Part shown: positions 1 through 10,471 of the stretch, one piece after another
Layout: every line of letters starts with the position of its first letter
How positions within the stretch are numbered: position 1 is the stretch's first letter
Assembly (NCBI GenBank): GCA_963707025.1
Contig: CAVPOM010000006.1
Location: 128,001-192,000 of the forward strand
Length of the DNA stretch: 64,000 nucleotides
Source of the DNA: an uncultured Verrucomicrobiae bacterium
GTDB taxonomy: Bacteria > Verrucomicrobiota > Verrucomicrobiia > Limisphaerales > Palsa-1400
Direction: 5' to 3'
Program-made: the position numbers and the translations under genes
Notes under the pieces: generated by a model
Told to the model about the DNA's origin: nothing
What the model saw: the letters and a program-made list of their open reading frames with translations, nothing else
Database searches by the model: none

Positions 1-937
1 GAAGGCCGGCGGCGATGACCAGTTGCGCCCAGAGGCGGGCCGGCAACGGAGGCATCGGAGTATTGACAATCTTCCGGGCGCGCTGGGCCGCGGCCAGGGA
101 GCGCAATTCCACCGCGATTTGTTCCGAGTCAAGATGAGGCAGCCAGTTGAGGTGCAGGGGAAAGCGGTAGCCCAGCCCCTGCAGCGTCCGCGCCCCCCAG
201 GCGGACAGGCGGAGAATGACTGGCCCGCTCACCCCCCAGTGGGTCAGGAGGAGCGCGCCGCGCTCCCGCAGCCCCGTCTCCGGGATGGAGACGGCCACCG
301 CTTCGACGGAGATGCCGGACAGGTCCCGCACCCAGGGCGTTGCAACATGAAAAGTGAAAAGCGACGGCACGGGCGGCTCCAGGGTGTGGCCGAGGGAGAC
401 GGCCAGCGCCCCGCCCGCCGGCGCGCGGCATCCACCCGTGGCCAGCAGGAGGCGGTCGCAGGCCAGGGATTGGCCGTCCGCCAGGGCCAGATCAAAGCCG
501 CCGCCGGCATTTTTTGAGGCGCGCGCCACCCCGCTGTTGGTCCGCAGCGCCACCCCGGCGTCCGCGGCGGCGCGGAGGAAGCAGTCAATAATTGTTTGTG
601 AGGAATCGGTGGAGGGGAAGATGCGGCCGTCGCGTTCGGTTTTGAGTTTGACGCCGCGGGCCTCGAACCAGGCGGCGGTGTCGCGCGCCTGGAAAACCTG
701 GTAGAGACCGAGCAAGGCCCGCCCGCCGCGCGGATAGCTCGCGGCCAGCTCGCGCGGGTCGAAGCAGGCATGGGTGACATTGCAGCGGCCCCCGCCGGAA
801 ATGCGGACTTTGCCGAGGAACTGGGCCGAGCGTTCCAGCAGGGTGACGCGCGCGTCGGGTCGGGCTTCGGCGCAGGCGATGGCCGCGAAAAAACCGGCGG
901 CGCCGCCGCCCACCACCACAATATGCCGGGAACTCAT
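1..937 (-). CDS. NAD(P)/FAD-dependent oxidoreductase, HI0933/YhiN family (3' end outside window)
   Basis: Manual translation from ATG at 937: MSSRHIVVVGGGAAGFFAAIA...LGKVRISGGGRCNVTHA, a Rossmann GxGxxG plus the family motif GKVRISGGGRCNVT. Absent from the ORF track because the stop lies outside the window. Confidence 0.9.
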   Translation of the reverse strand, partial: MSSRHIVVVGGGAAGFFAAIACAEARPDARVTLLERSAQFLGKVRISGGGRCNVTHACFDPRELAASYPRGGRALLGLYQVFQARDTAAWFEARGVKLKTERDGRIFPSTDSSQTIIDCFLRAAADAGVALRTNSGVARASKNAGGGFDLALADGQSLACDRLLLATGGCRAPAGGALAVSLGHTLEPPVPSLFTFHVATPWVRDLSGISVEAVAVSIPETGLRERGALLLTHWGVSGPVILRLSAWGARTLQGLGYRFPLHLNWLPHLDSEQIAVELRSLAAAQRARKIVNTPMPPLPARLWAQLVIAAGL

Positions 938-1030
938 GGTTGGGATGCTATCAAAACCCGGGGGTTTTGACAGATTCATTCGGATTCAAATTTGGGCTGT
1001 CAAATTTGGGCTGGATTGCGCGAGGGGCGG

Positions 1031-2104
1031 ATGGCAGGCTGCGGGACGCTGACTGACCAAAACTTTTCCCCGCCGCCACCGCCGGCGCCACCGCATAAAA
1101 GGCGCGCGCGTTATGCCGGCAACCATCCGCGCCGTTTTGAGGAGAAATACAAGGAACACCAGCCCGCGCGCTACGCGGAAACAGTGGCCAAAGTGCTGGC
1201 CGCGGGCAAAACCCCGGCGGGAATGCATCGTCCGATCATGGTGGCGGAAATTCTGGCGGCGCTGGCGCCAAAACCTGGGGAGATCGCGGTGGATTGCACG
1301 CTGGGTTTCGGCGGACACGCCCAAGCCTTGCTGGCCCGTCTCCAGCCCGGCGGACGCCTGCTGGGACTGGACGTTGATCCGGTCGAGCTTCCCAAAGCGG
1401 AAGCCCGGTTGCGCGCCCTGGGGTTTGCGGAAGGTGTTTTCACGGCGCGGCGTCTTAATTTCGCCGGTCTGCCGCGGGCGCTGCTGGAGGCGGGCCTCAG
1501 CGGGGCGGACGTCATCCTGGCGGACCTGGGCGTCTCGTCCATGCAACTGGATGATCCGGGCCGCGGATTTTCAGTCAAAAATGAAGGGCCGCTCGACCTG
1601 CGGATGAATCCACAACACGGCCAGCCGGCGTCGGTTTTTTTGGAAGGCCTTGGTCCGGAAGCCCTGCAAAGGCTGCTGCGGGACAACGCGGACGAACCGC
1701 GCGCCGCCAACCTGGCCGCCGCCCTCGCCGGGAGAACTTTGGCCACCACCACCGCGCTGGCCAGGGCGGTGGCCGCCGCTCTGCCCCGCCTGCCCAGGGA
1801 GGATTGCGACCTGGCCATCCGCCGGGTCTTCCAGGCGTTGCGCATTGCGGTGAACGACGAATTTTCCGCGCTCGAAACCCTGTTGCGCCATCTCCCGGCC
1901 TGCCTGAAGGCGGGCGGGCGCGCCGCCGTGCTGGCCTTTCATTCCGGCGAAGACCGGCGTGTCAAGAAGGCCTTTGCGGCGGGCCGGCGGGACGGGGTTT
2001 ATGCGGAAATCTCCGGCGAAGTCGTGCGGCCGGGGCCGGAGGAGCGCCGGGCCAATCCCCGTTGCACTCCGGCCAAACTGCGCTGGGCGCGCAAGGCGGG
2101 TTAA
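1031..2104 (+). CDS. rsmH: 16S rRNA m4C1402 methyltransferase RsmH (MraW) with N-terminal extension; start uncertain
   Basis: Motifs HRPIM, VDCTLGFGGH, ADLGVSSMQLD, PLDLRM, FQALRIAVNDE, FHSGEDRRVK, NPR..AKLR. Confidence 0.92.
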   Translation: MAGCGTLTDQNFSPPPPPAPPHKRRARYAGNHPRRFEEKYKEHQPARYAETVAKVLAAGKTPAGMHRPIMVAEILAALAPKPGEIAVDCTLGFGGHAQALLARLQPGGRLLGLDVDPVELPKAEARLRALGFAEGVFTARRLNFAGLPRALLEAGLSGADVILADLGVSSMQLDDPGRGFSVKNEGPLDLRMNPQHGQPASVFLEGLGPEALQRLLRDNADEPRAANLAAALAGRTLATTTALARAVAAALPRLPREDCDLAIRRVFQALRIAVNDEFSALETLLRHLPACLKAGGRAAVLAFHSGEDRRVKKAFAAGRRDGVYAEISGEVVRPGPEERRANPRCTPAKLRWARKAG

Positions 2105-2677
<573 letters not shown>

Positions 2678-2769
2678 GAAGACTTGAGGATGGCGGATGG
2701 CGGATTAAGCCCCGAACAGGGCACGCCACCCTTTACATTTTACATTTAGCATTTTGCATTCCAGCCCGC

Positions 2770-3711
2770 TTGGCCTATAACCAGCGCGTGACCGGCGTTT
2801 CCTTGGAGTGCATCAATGCGAGCACGCGCTATTGCGCGGTGTTGGGGCATCCGGTCGGCCATTCCGCCTCGCCCGCCATGCAGAACGCGGGCCTGGGGGC
2901 GCTGGGTCTCAATTGGCGCTATCTGGCTTTCGAGGTCCACCCCCGGGATTTGCGCGCCGCCCTGGCGGGGGCCAAAGCGATGAAGTGGATCGGCCTCAAC
3001 CTCACCGTTCCCCACAAGACCGCCGCGCTGGAAATGGTGGATGTCGTCCATGAAAAAGCCCGGCTCCCCGGCGCTGTCAACACGATTGTCTTTGAGACGC
3101 CCGGCCCCAAGGGCGATTGGATTCCGCTGGGCCAGGCGGCGGAGGGCGGGAGCAGCGAGGTGCGCAGCCACGGCTACAACACCGACGGGGATGGTTTGGC
3201 GCGCTCCCTCAAGGAAGATTTCCAATGGCCGGATTTGCGCGGGGCGTCGGTGCTTCTTTTGGGCGCGGGCGGAGCGGCTCGGGCCGCGGCCCTGCAACTG
3301 GCGGACGAAGGCATTGCCAGCCTGTTTCTGGTAAACCGAACCGGGGCCAAGGCCGAACAACTGGCCTGCGAACTGGGAGCCCGCTTCCCGGGAATCCACA
3401 TCAGCACGCGGTTGCCTGACGATCCGGTTGATTTGGTCCTCAACGCAACCTCCGTCGGCTTGAATGCAAACGACGCGCCGCCCTTGGCGGAAGACTGGCT
3501 GAAAGCGCGGCGTCCTCCCCGGGTGTATGACATGATCTATCGCCCCGCGGAAACGGCCTTGCTGCGCGCGGCCGGCCAGGCGGGCTGTCGGACGGCCAAC
3601 GGCCTGGGCATGTTGCTTTACCAGGGCGCGGCGGCGTTGGAATTGTGGTCGGGCCGGCCGGCGCCCGTGGCCGCGATGCGCGCCGCTTTGCAGCAAAACA
3701 TTTATGGCTGA
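2770..3711 (+). CDS. aroE: Shikimate dehydrogenase (start uncertain)
   Basis: GHPVGHSASP, GLNLTVPHK, GAVNTI, GYNTDG, LGAGGAARA, NATSVG, DMIYRP, NGLGMLLYQG. Confidence 0.95.
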   Translation: MAYNQRVTGVSLECINASTRYCAVLGHPVGHSASPAMQNAGLGALGLNWRYLAFEVHPRDLRAALAGAKAMKWIGLNLTVPHKTAALEMVDVVHEKARLPGAVNTIVFETPGPKGDWIPLGQAAEGGSSEVRSHGYNTDGDGLARSLKEDFQWPDLRGASVLLLGAGGAARAAALQLADEGIASLFLVNRTGAKAEQLACELGARFPGIHISTRLPDDPVDLVLNATSVGLNANDAPPLAEDWLKARRPPRVYDMIYRPAETALLRAAGQAGCRTANGLGMLLYQGAAALELWSGRPAPVAAMRAALQQNIYG

Positions 3712-4816
3712 CCCCTCAATATGGAAGGCGTTGCCGTTTCATTTTTGGACGGTGACGGCGTTTGTCTTTGGCGCGGTGGTGGGAAGTTTCCTCAACGTCT
3801 GCATTCACCGGATGCCGCTGGGGGAAAGCATCATCAGCCCGCCGTCGCACTGTCCGCATTGCCGTTATTCCATCCCCTGGTATTTGAACATCCCTTTGTT
3901 CACCTGGTTGTGGCTGGGCGGACGATGCGCCCATTGCAAAGCGCCCATTTCCCCGCGTTATTTCGTGGTCGAACTGCTCACCGCCACGCTCTTCGCGGCT
4001 TGCTGGATAGAATTCGGCCGGATTTCCCCGCTGCTGCCGCTGGCTTATATGCTTCTCATCGCCGGCTTGATCGTTGGCTCTTTCATTGACCTGGCGCATC
4101 TGATCATTCCCGACCAAATCACTTACGGCGGCATGGTGGCCGGGCTGTTCTGTTCCTTTTTAGTGCCGCAGATGCACTTTGATTTTCCGGGGTTGACGCG
4201 TCTATCCGCTCCTGGAGCCGGCCTGGCGGACAGTTTCCTCGGCCTGGGCGTTGGGGCCGGCGTCATCTATGGCATCCTGCGCCTGGGAAAAATGTTTTTG
4301 GGCAGGCAAAAGGTGGATCTCCCGCCGGCCACCCGGATTCTCTTCACGGAAACGGGCGTGCAACTGCCCGGCGAGGAGATTGCCTACGAGGATTTGTTCT
4401 ATCGCAAGAGGGACGCGATCGAGTTGCAGGCCCGGCGCGTGGAACTGATTGACCGCTGCTATGCCAACAGCGCCGTGCAGTTGACCTCCGGCTGTTTGAA
4501 AATTGGCGGCGACACCTTCGATCCGGAGAAAGTCCTCTGCCTGGAAGTGGTGGCTGACCGCATCGTCCTGCCGCGCGAGGTGATGGGGCCGGCGGATGTG
4601 ACCTTTATGGCGGCCATCGGGGCGTTTTTGGGCTGGCCCGCGGTGTTTTTCTGCCTGGCCATCAGCTCGCTGCTCGGTTCCATTGTGGGCGGGACGGCGA
4701 TTGTTTTTAGAAAGCAGGACTGGTCCAGCCGGATTCCCTATGGTCCTTACATCGCGGTGGCGGCGGTGATCTGGATTTTTGGGGGATGCCAGTGGATGCG
4801 CGCGTTGTTGCCCTGA
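3704..4816 (+). CDS. pilD: Prepilin peptidase (peptidase A24) with internal soluble insertion
   Basis: GSFLNVCIHRMP, two CxxC motifs, catalytic Asp motifs FIDLAHLIIPD and MGPAD, C-terminal IPYGPYIA. Confidence 0.9.
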   Translation: MADPSIWKALPFHFWTVTAFVFGAVVGSFLNVCIHRMPLGESIISPPSHCPHCRYSIPWYLNIPLFTWLWLGGRCAHCKAPISPRYFVVELLTATLFAACWIEFGRISPLLPLAYMLLIAGLIVGSFIDLAHLIIPDQITYGGMVAGLFCSFLVPQMHFDFPGLTRLSAPGAGLADSFLGLGVGAGVIYGILRLGKMFLGRQKVDLPPATRILFTETGVQLPGEEIAYEDLFYRKRDAIELQARRVELIDRCYANSAVQLTSGCLKIGGDTFDPEKVLCLEVVADRIVLPREVMGPADVTFMAAIGAFLGWPAVFFCLAISSLLGSIVGGTAIVFRKQDWSSRIPYGPYIAVAAVIWIFGGCQWMRALLP

Positions 4817-4890
4817 AAGGAGATCAAGTTTTATCCAAAAAAACTGTTGAACATGCGGAAAATGGTGTTTAATAGATCACGGTGTTGATT

Positions 4891-5310
4891 ATGCCAAACA
4901 AAACCAGCAACCCGCGCCGCAAAGCCACGCTCCAGGAATTGCGCGACCTGGACTTGGAGATCCTATTCATGGAGGGCGTGGTCCAGCGCGACCCCCGGTA
5001 TATTGAGGCGCTGCAAATCCTGGGCGACGACTACACCAAGCGCGACCGGTTCCAAGACGGCCTGCGCATGGACCAACGCCTGGCCCGTCTGTGCCCGCGC
5101 GATGCCATCGTCCATTACAATCTGGCTTGCAGCTACTCGTTGACGCAACAGTGCGATCTGGCGGCCGAGGCGCTGACCACCGCCATCAACCTCGGTTACC
5201 ATGATTTTGACCGGATGGCCAGGGACCCGGACCTCAAACATCTCCGGGAACACGCCGGGTATAAAAAAATCCAGGCCAAAATCCGCCGCATTCCCGTCAA
5301 GGAAACCTGA
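4891..5310 (+). CDS. TPR-repeat protein
   Basis: TPR-like helices (EALQILGDDYTK; VHYNLACSYSL...ALTTAINLGY) and a DPDL end motif. Confidence 0.75.
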   Translation: MPNKTSNPRRKATLQELRDLDLEILFMEGVVQRDPRYIEALQILGDDYTKRDRFQDGLRMDQRLARLCPRDAIVHYNLACSYSLTQQCDLAAEALTTAINLGYHDFDRMARDPDLKHLREHAGYKKIQAKIRRIPVKET

Positions 5311-5400
5311 TGGCGGAGCGCGTGCGCCGGCTCCCCTTCTCCCCGGATGGACAGGCGGTCCGGCCTTCCTGCCGCGGCGGTGGATGGCAATTGAGTCAAC

Positions 5401-6516
5401 ATGAACATTTCGCTGCACGGCCGCCGGCGCCATTGCCGCACGGTCACCTTCGACGCCGGCCGGAACACGGTGAGGCTGATCGAGCAACGGCGGCTGCCGC
5501 ACCGCTGGCAGATGGTGGCCCTGCGCGATTACCGGGCCACGGCCCGGGCCATCGCGCAAATGATGGTGCGCGGGGCCGGGGCCATCGGAGCGACGGCGGC
5601 CTACGGCCTGGCCCAGGGAGCGCGCGCTTTTCGCGGAACTGATCCGGCCAGGTTTTCCGCCCGCCTCCGGTTGGTTTATCAAACCCTCCGGGCCGCCCGC
5701 CCCACCGCGGTTGACCCGGTTAACGCCATGAACGCGGTCCTGCGCGCCCTGCGGGCGGGAGCCACCGTGGCGGAACAACAGGCGCTGGCCCTGGCCGCGG
5801 CGGAGGAATTTGCCAGCCAGGATGTGCGCCACTGCGCCGCCATCGGGCGGCACGGGGAAAAATTGATCCGGCCCGGCGCGAACATTCTGACCCATTGCAA
5901 CGCCGGCTGGCTGGCCTTTGTGGATATCGGCAGCGCCACGGCCCCGCTCTACGCCGCGCAACAAGCGGGGAAAAAATTCCAGGTCTATTGCGACGAAACC
6001 CGGCCGCGCTGCCAGGGGGCGACGCTCACCGCCTGGGAGCTGGCCGGGCAGAAGGTTCGCCACAAAATTATATGTGACAACGCCGCCGGCCACCTCATGC
6101 AGCGCGGCGAAATTGACCTGGTCATCGTCGGAGCCGACCGCGTGCTCGGGCGCACCGGCGAAGTCGCCAACAAAATTGGCACCTACACCCTGGCGGTCCT
6201 GGCCAAGCGGCACCACATTCCTTTCTATGTTGCCATCCCGCTTTCGACCCTGGACTGGAACCTGCGCTCCGGCCGGGCCATTCCCATTGAAGAGCGCGAC
6301 GAGAGGGAAGTCCTCGGCGCCTGGGGCGCGGCGCGGGGGCGCAGCGGCCCGGTTTACGTGCGCATCGCCAATCCATCCAGCGGCGCGCGCAATCCGGGCT
6401 TTGACGTGACGCCGCCGGAATTGATCACCGGGATCATTACGCCGGAGGGCATTTTCCGGCCGGGGGCGCTGTGGAAAAACCGCCGCCGCCTGGGGCGGTG
6501 CGGCCCCTCTGGCTGA
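5401..6516 (+). CDS. mtnA: S-methyl-5-thioribose-1-phosphate isomerase
   Basis: MMVRGAGAIG, RPTAV, LTHCNAGWLA, DETRP, VGADR, NKIGTY, NPGFDVTPPELI. Confidence 0.93.
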   Translation: MNISLHGRRRHCRTVTFDAGRNTVRLIEQRRLPHRWQMVALRDYRATARAIAQMMVRGAGAIGATAAYGLAQGARAFRGTDPARFSARLRLVYQTLRAARPTAVDPVNAMNAVLRALRAGATVAEQQALALAAAEEFASQDVRHCAAIGRHGEKLIRPGANILTHCNAGWLAFVDIGSATAPLYAAQQAGKKFQVYCDETRPRCQGATLTAWELAGQKVRHKIICDNAAGHLMQRGEIDLVIVGADRVLGRTGEVANKIGTYTLAVLAKRHHIPFYVAIPLSTLDWNLRSGRAIPIEERDEREVLGAWGAARGRSGPVYVRIANPSSGARNPGFDVTPPELITGIITPEGIFRPGALWKNRRRLGRCGPSG

Positions 6517-6577
6517 CCCTGCCTGGAGGAAGCGGCAGGGGCGGGGAGGGGGAGGGCACTGATAATGGCCCTTATTT

Positions 6578-6593
6578 TGGCCCCGGATTTGCT
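6578..6593 (+). promoter_or_regulatory. Putative sigma54 promoter of the secretin operon
   Basis: TGGCCCCGGATTTGCT resembles the consensus TGGCACG-N4-TTGCW with exact GG-N10-GC spacing, in the intergenic region before 6765. Confidence 0.5.
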
Positions 6594-6764
6594 GAGGAAA
6601 GTTGATGCTTGCATTTCCTGGAACAAATCGCATATAACAGGACGTGCCACATTACGCATGGCTGAACGACTTATAGGAATGCCTGTTTTTGATGCACATT
6701 TGAGCGTCGCTGGCCCATTTAGGAACAAGGGGATGGGGAGCATTTTGCCGTGAACTAGAAAAAT

Positions 6765-7448
6765 ATGCCGATCCGAATCAACCTGATGGCCGAAGCGCAA
6801 GCCCTGGAAGAGGCGCGCCGGCGCAATCCCGTCAAATTGGGCGTCTGGATTGCCGGGTTCTGCGTGGCCGTGGTGGTGCTGTGGATCGCCAAGGTGCAAA
6901 TGGACATTTATTTCGCCAGGCTGGACTTGAGCAATCTCAATGCGCAGTGGAAGGCGGCGGAGGAAAAATACAACAACGTCACCAACGAAGAGGCCCGCAT
7001 CACTGCCATCAAGGGTAAAATCGCCGCCTTGGACCATCTCCAGACCAACCGGTTTCTGTGGGGCCCGGTCCTCAACGCGCTGCAGCAGACCGTGGTGGAC
7101 CAGATCCAGGTGACGCATATTTGGGCCCTGCAAACCTATGAGCGGGAGGGGCCCAAAACCTACGGCGCCGGCGCCACCATGAAGACGGTGCCGGGGTCGG
7201 CGAATTTTGAAAGAGTGAAGTTGTCCATCGCGGGGAAGGACTACAGCCCGACGGCGGAGGGCTACAAGAAGTACGAGGATACCCTGAACCATTTTGATTT
7301 CTTCGCCAAAAGGCTGGGCGGGCGCGACGGCTTCACCATTGACGGCGCGCCCGGCCCGAGATTCCCCGACGGGCCGGGTTCGTCCCGGGAATTCCGCACC
7401 TTCACCCTGACCAACCAGTTTCCGGACATCCGGCGCACCGACAAATGA
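6765..7448 (+). CDS. PilN/GspL-like bitopic alignment-complex protein
   Basis: N-terminal IRINL motif (PilN-type INLL), one TM helix, coiled coil, then W..VLNAL; first gene of a secretin operon. Confidence 0.75.
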   Translation: MPIRINLMAEAQALEEARRRNPVKLGVWIAGFCVAVVVLWIAKVQMDIYFARLDLSNLNAQWKAAEEKYNNVTNEEARITAIKGKIAALDHLQTNRFLWGPVLNALQQTVVDQIQVTHIWALQTYEREGPKTYGAGATMKTVPGSANFERVKLSIAGKDYSPTAEGYKKYEDTLNHFDFFAKRLGGRDGFTIDGAPGPRFPDGPGSSREFRTFTLTNQFPDIRRTDK

Positions 7449-8053
7449 CCAAGATCAACAAAACGCAACGAGACCAGTTGATCGCCGTGGCCCTGGGCAC
7501 GGCGGCGGTCATCGCCTGCTTGTGGTACCTGGTCGTCCTGGCGCAAAACAAACAACTGGCGGCGGCCGACGCCAGTTGCGCCAAGATGAAAGCCAAGCTC
7601 AAGGACGCCGCCGCCGAGGTGAGCAAGGCCGATAAGATCGGGCTGGATCTGACCAACAACCTGGAGGATCTCAGGCGGCGCGAAGTGGATTTCGCCCCCG
7701 AGCACGAGCCTTTCTCCTGGATGATGGAGAAAATGCGCAACTTCCAACTGCCGTCCAATGAACTGCACCGCTACAAGAGCGTTTCCATCGCCGACATCAA
7801 ACCGCCGGAAATCACCGACAAAGGAGGAGTGATCGCGGGCTTTCCCTACAAGTGGGCCAAGTTTCATATCACCGGCGAGGGCTACTACCACGATTTTGGG
7901 AAATTTATCGCGGACTTTGAGAATGCCTTTCCTTACTTTCGCATCCAGGACCTGGATATTTCCGTCCCCGGCATCCGCAAGGACCTGGATATGCTGTCTT
8001 ACAGCTTCAACATCGTCACGCCCCAGGTCCCGGGCGCGGCGGAAACAAAATGA
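7445..8053 (+). CDS. PilO/GspM-like protein
   Basis: N-terminal TM helix, coiled coil, PilO-like GYYHDFGKFIADFEN motif; ATGA overlap with the upstream gene. Confidence 0.75.
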   Translation: MTKINKTQRDQLIAVALGTAAVIACLWYLVVLAQNKQLAAADASCAKMKAKLKDAAAEVSKADKIGLDLTNNLEDLRRREVDFAPEHEPFSWMMEKMRNFQLPSNELHRYKSVSIADIKPPEITDKGGVIAGFPYKWAKFHITGEGYYHDFGKFIADFENAFPYFRIQDLDISVPGIRKDLDMLSYSFNIVTPQVPGAAETK

Positions 8054-8580
8054 AATTGCTGCGCACATGCCCCAAGAAAGCCGCGCTGGCCGCGGTGGCC
8101 GGAGTCTTGCTCGCCCTGGCCGTCCTGCCGGGATGCAACAAAGCGGCCAAGCCGGTCGCGGCTGCTCTCCCCAAGCCCGCCCCCGTCGCCAAAACCACGG
8201 GCGGGACGGGGACAAACCTCCCTGCGGAATTTGTCTCTGTATTTGACGACAGCCCGCCGCCAGGCAATACCGGCCGGGACCCGTTCAACCCCGACTCGAC
8301 CCTGCGGAATCCTGCCGCGGTGGGGCCGAAGATAACCGCCACCACGGTCGTGGCGGCTCCCCTGCTGAGGCTTTACAGCGTGACTGGATCACCGGGACGG
8401 TGGATGGTCGTCATCAACAACCAGATCATTGACTCTACAGAGATCAACAAGCCGATCCCTGTCCGTGTCCCGGGCGGCATCGTCACGGTAAGGGTCGTCG
8501 AAATCGGCGAGGATTATGCTAACGTCACGGTTGACGGCAGCCTCGCGACAAAGCGATTAACCATGGGCCAAAAAAAGTAA
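8050..8580 (+). CDS. PilP/GspC-like lipoprotein
   Basis: Lipobox LPGC, Pro/Ala linker, RDPF motif typical of PilP, short beta domain; lies between PilO-like gene and secretin. Confidence 0.65.
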   Translation: MKLLRTCPKKAALAAVAGVLLALAVLPGCNKAAKPVAAALPKPAPVAKTTGGTGTNLPAEFVSVFDDSPPPGNTGRDPFNPDSTLRNPAAVGPKITATTVVAAPLLRLYSVTGSPGRWMVVINNQIIDSTEINKPIPVRVPGGIVTVRVVEIGEDYANVTVDGSLATKRLTMGQKK

Positions 8581-8639
8581 CCACCCTGCACGCCATGAAA
8601 ATCTCCACCACTCACCCCTATCAAGACGGGCCAATCCTT

Positions 8640-10458
8640 ATGAAAATCAAACTTCTCATGTTTCTCATCATCCTGGTTGCGGCGCCCGCGCTGATAAGTC
8701 TGGCGCAGACCAACCAGCCAGGACCACAGCCGCAGTCCAACACCGTCGTGACGACCACGACCAGCAATGCACCCCCGATTGAGGCCCCTCTGCCAACGCT
8801 CCCGGTCCAGGGCTTCCCCACCCTGGGCGGCACCAACACAAATATGCCCGGGACCACCACCCCACCCGCCAGCAACACCACCCCGCCCGCCGCCATTGTT
8901 GTTGCCAGCGGCGACGAGCCCGAAGATATGACCTTTGACGATCTGCCGTTGCCCGACGCCGTGCGGCAGTTGGCCCTTCTGGCGGGGCTGAACATTCAGT
9001 TTGATCACCGGCTGGAAAATCCGGTGGACCCGGTGACCCACCTTCCCGTGGCGCTCCCGACGGTGAAGGAAAAATGGAAGAACCTGACCCCGATGCAAGC
9101 GTTGCGCGCCTTATTGGACAAGTATGACTGGCAGATGAAGACCAACCCCACCACTCCGGTCGTCATCATCAGCGCCAGAGAAGCCAACGCGGTCGAACCC
9201 CAGGTGACGGAACGTCATCCTCCTGGGCTACAGCGACCCGACCAACATCATGGCCGAAGTCAGCAAGGCGTTGCCGATGCTCGTCACCATCATTCCAAAC
9301 GTCCGCACTCACCAGGTCATCGTCCGGACAACGGAGCGAATGATGCCCGTCGTCAAGGAGCTCATCGCCCGGCTGGACAGCCAGACAGGGCAAATCTTGA
9401 TCGAAGCCAAGATCATCGAAACCCTCAAGGACATCAATACGGCCAAGGGGATTGATTGGACCGGCACACTCCAATCCCAGCATCTTAGTTTCGGCAATGG
9501 CCTGACCGGTGGAACCACCACCGCCACCACCCAATCCGGCAACAACCTGGCGGGCGCCTCCAGCACCACGACGGCGCCGGGGGGCCGCACTTCCACCACG
9601 GGAAGCCCCCTCACCAGCATCATCAACAACAGCAGCAGTTTCGTCACCACCACCGTGGGCAACGCCTCCCAGGCGGGAGGCATGACGGTCAACACCGCCA
9701 ATGGCTTCAACCCCAAGACCGCCTTCCTCAATGCGGATGGCGTCTCCGCCATCCTCGAGTTTCTCAATACCGATGCCGACACCAAGTCCATCGCCCTGCC
9801 GCGCACCGTCTCGCTCGACGGCCAGAAAACCACCTTGGCCGTCATTCAAAACATTCCTATTTTCCAACAACAGCAGAGCGCCCCGGCGGCCGGCGCCGTC
9901 GCGGGTCTGGCCACGGTGCTGCCCAATTATGAAGTCAAGGTCGGCGAGACGGTCCTCAACGAAGTCGGCTTCAAGCTCACCGTGACCCCCCGCATTGCCG
10001 GAGCGTCCAACGTGCTCATCACCGTCCAGCCGGAAATCTCCAGCGTGGACACCAAGATCGCGACCGACACGTTGAACGGCCAAGTGGAAACCTCCCCCAT
10101 CTTCGACCGGCGCCTGATTACCACCGTGGCGGCGGTGCCGAGCGGGTACACCCTGGTTCTGGGCGGCTTGGATAACGACGTGATGGCCAAGACCTATACC
10201 AAGGTGCCGGGGTTGGGCGACATACCGGGCATCGGCGCGTTGTTCCGCAGCAACACCAAGGACCATACGCGGGATACCATCCTGATTTTTGTCACCCCGA
10301 CCATCATTCGGGAGTCCGACTTCCAGCCCACCGTCACCGATTTCCTGCACAGCAAGAATGAGTCTATGCCGTCCCGCTACAACCCGGTCTGGGACCGCGG
10401 CGCGCCCTATGATTGGACCCAGCCAAAAGCGCCCGTTGAGCCGTACTATAAGCCCTGA
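8640..10458 (+). CDS. Secretin (GspD/PilQ family); +1 frameshift near 9210, probably a sequencing error
   Basis: ORF 8595..9455 gives the signal peptide and N domain; ORF 9250..10458 gives QILIEAKIIE, GFKLTVTPRI, GYTLVLGGL, KVPGLGDIPGIGALFR, LIFVTPTII. Removing one G at gtgacgg|aac joins them (EPQVT-NVILLGYSD). Confidence 0.9.
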
Positions 10459-10471
10459 ACACCCTCAAAAT

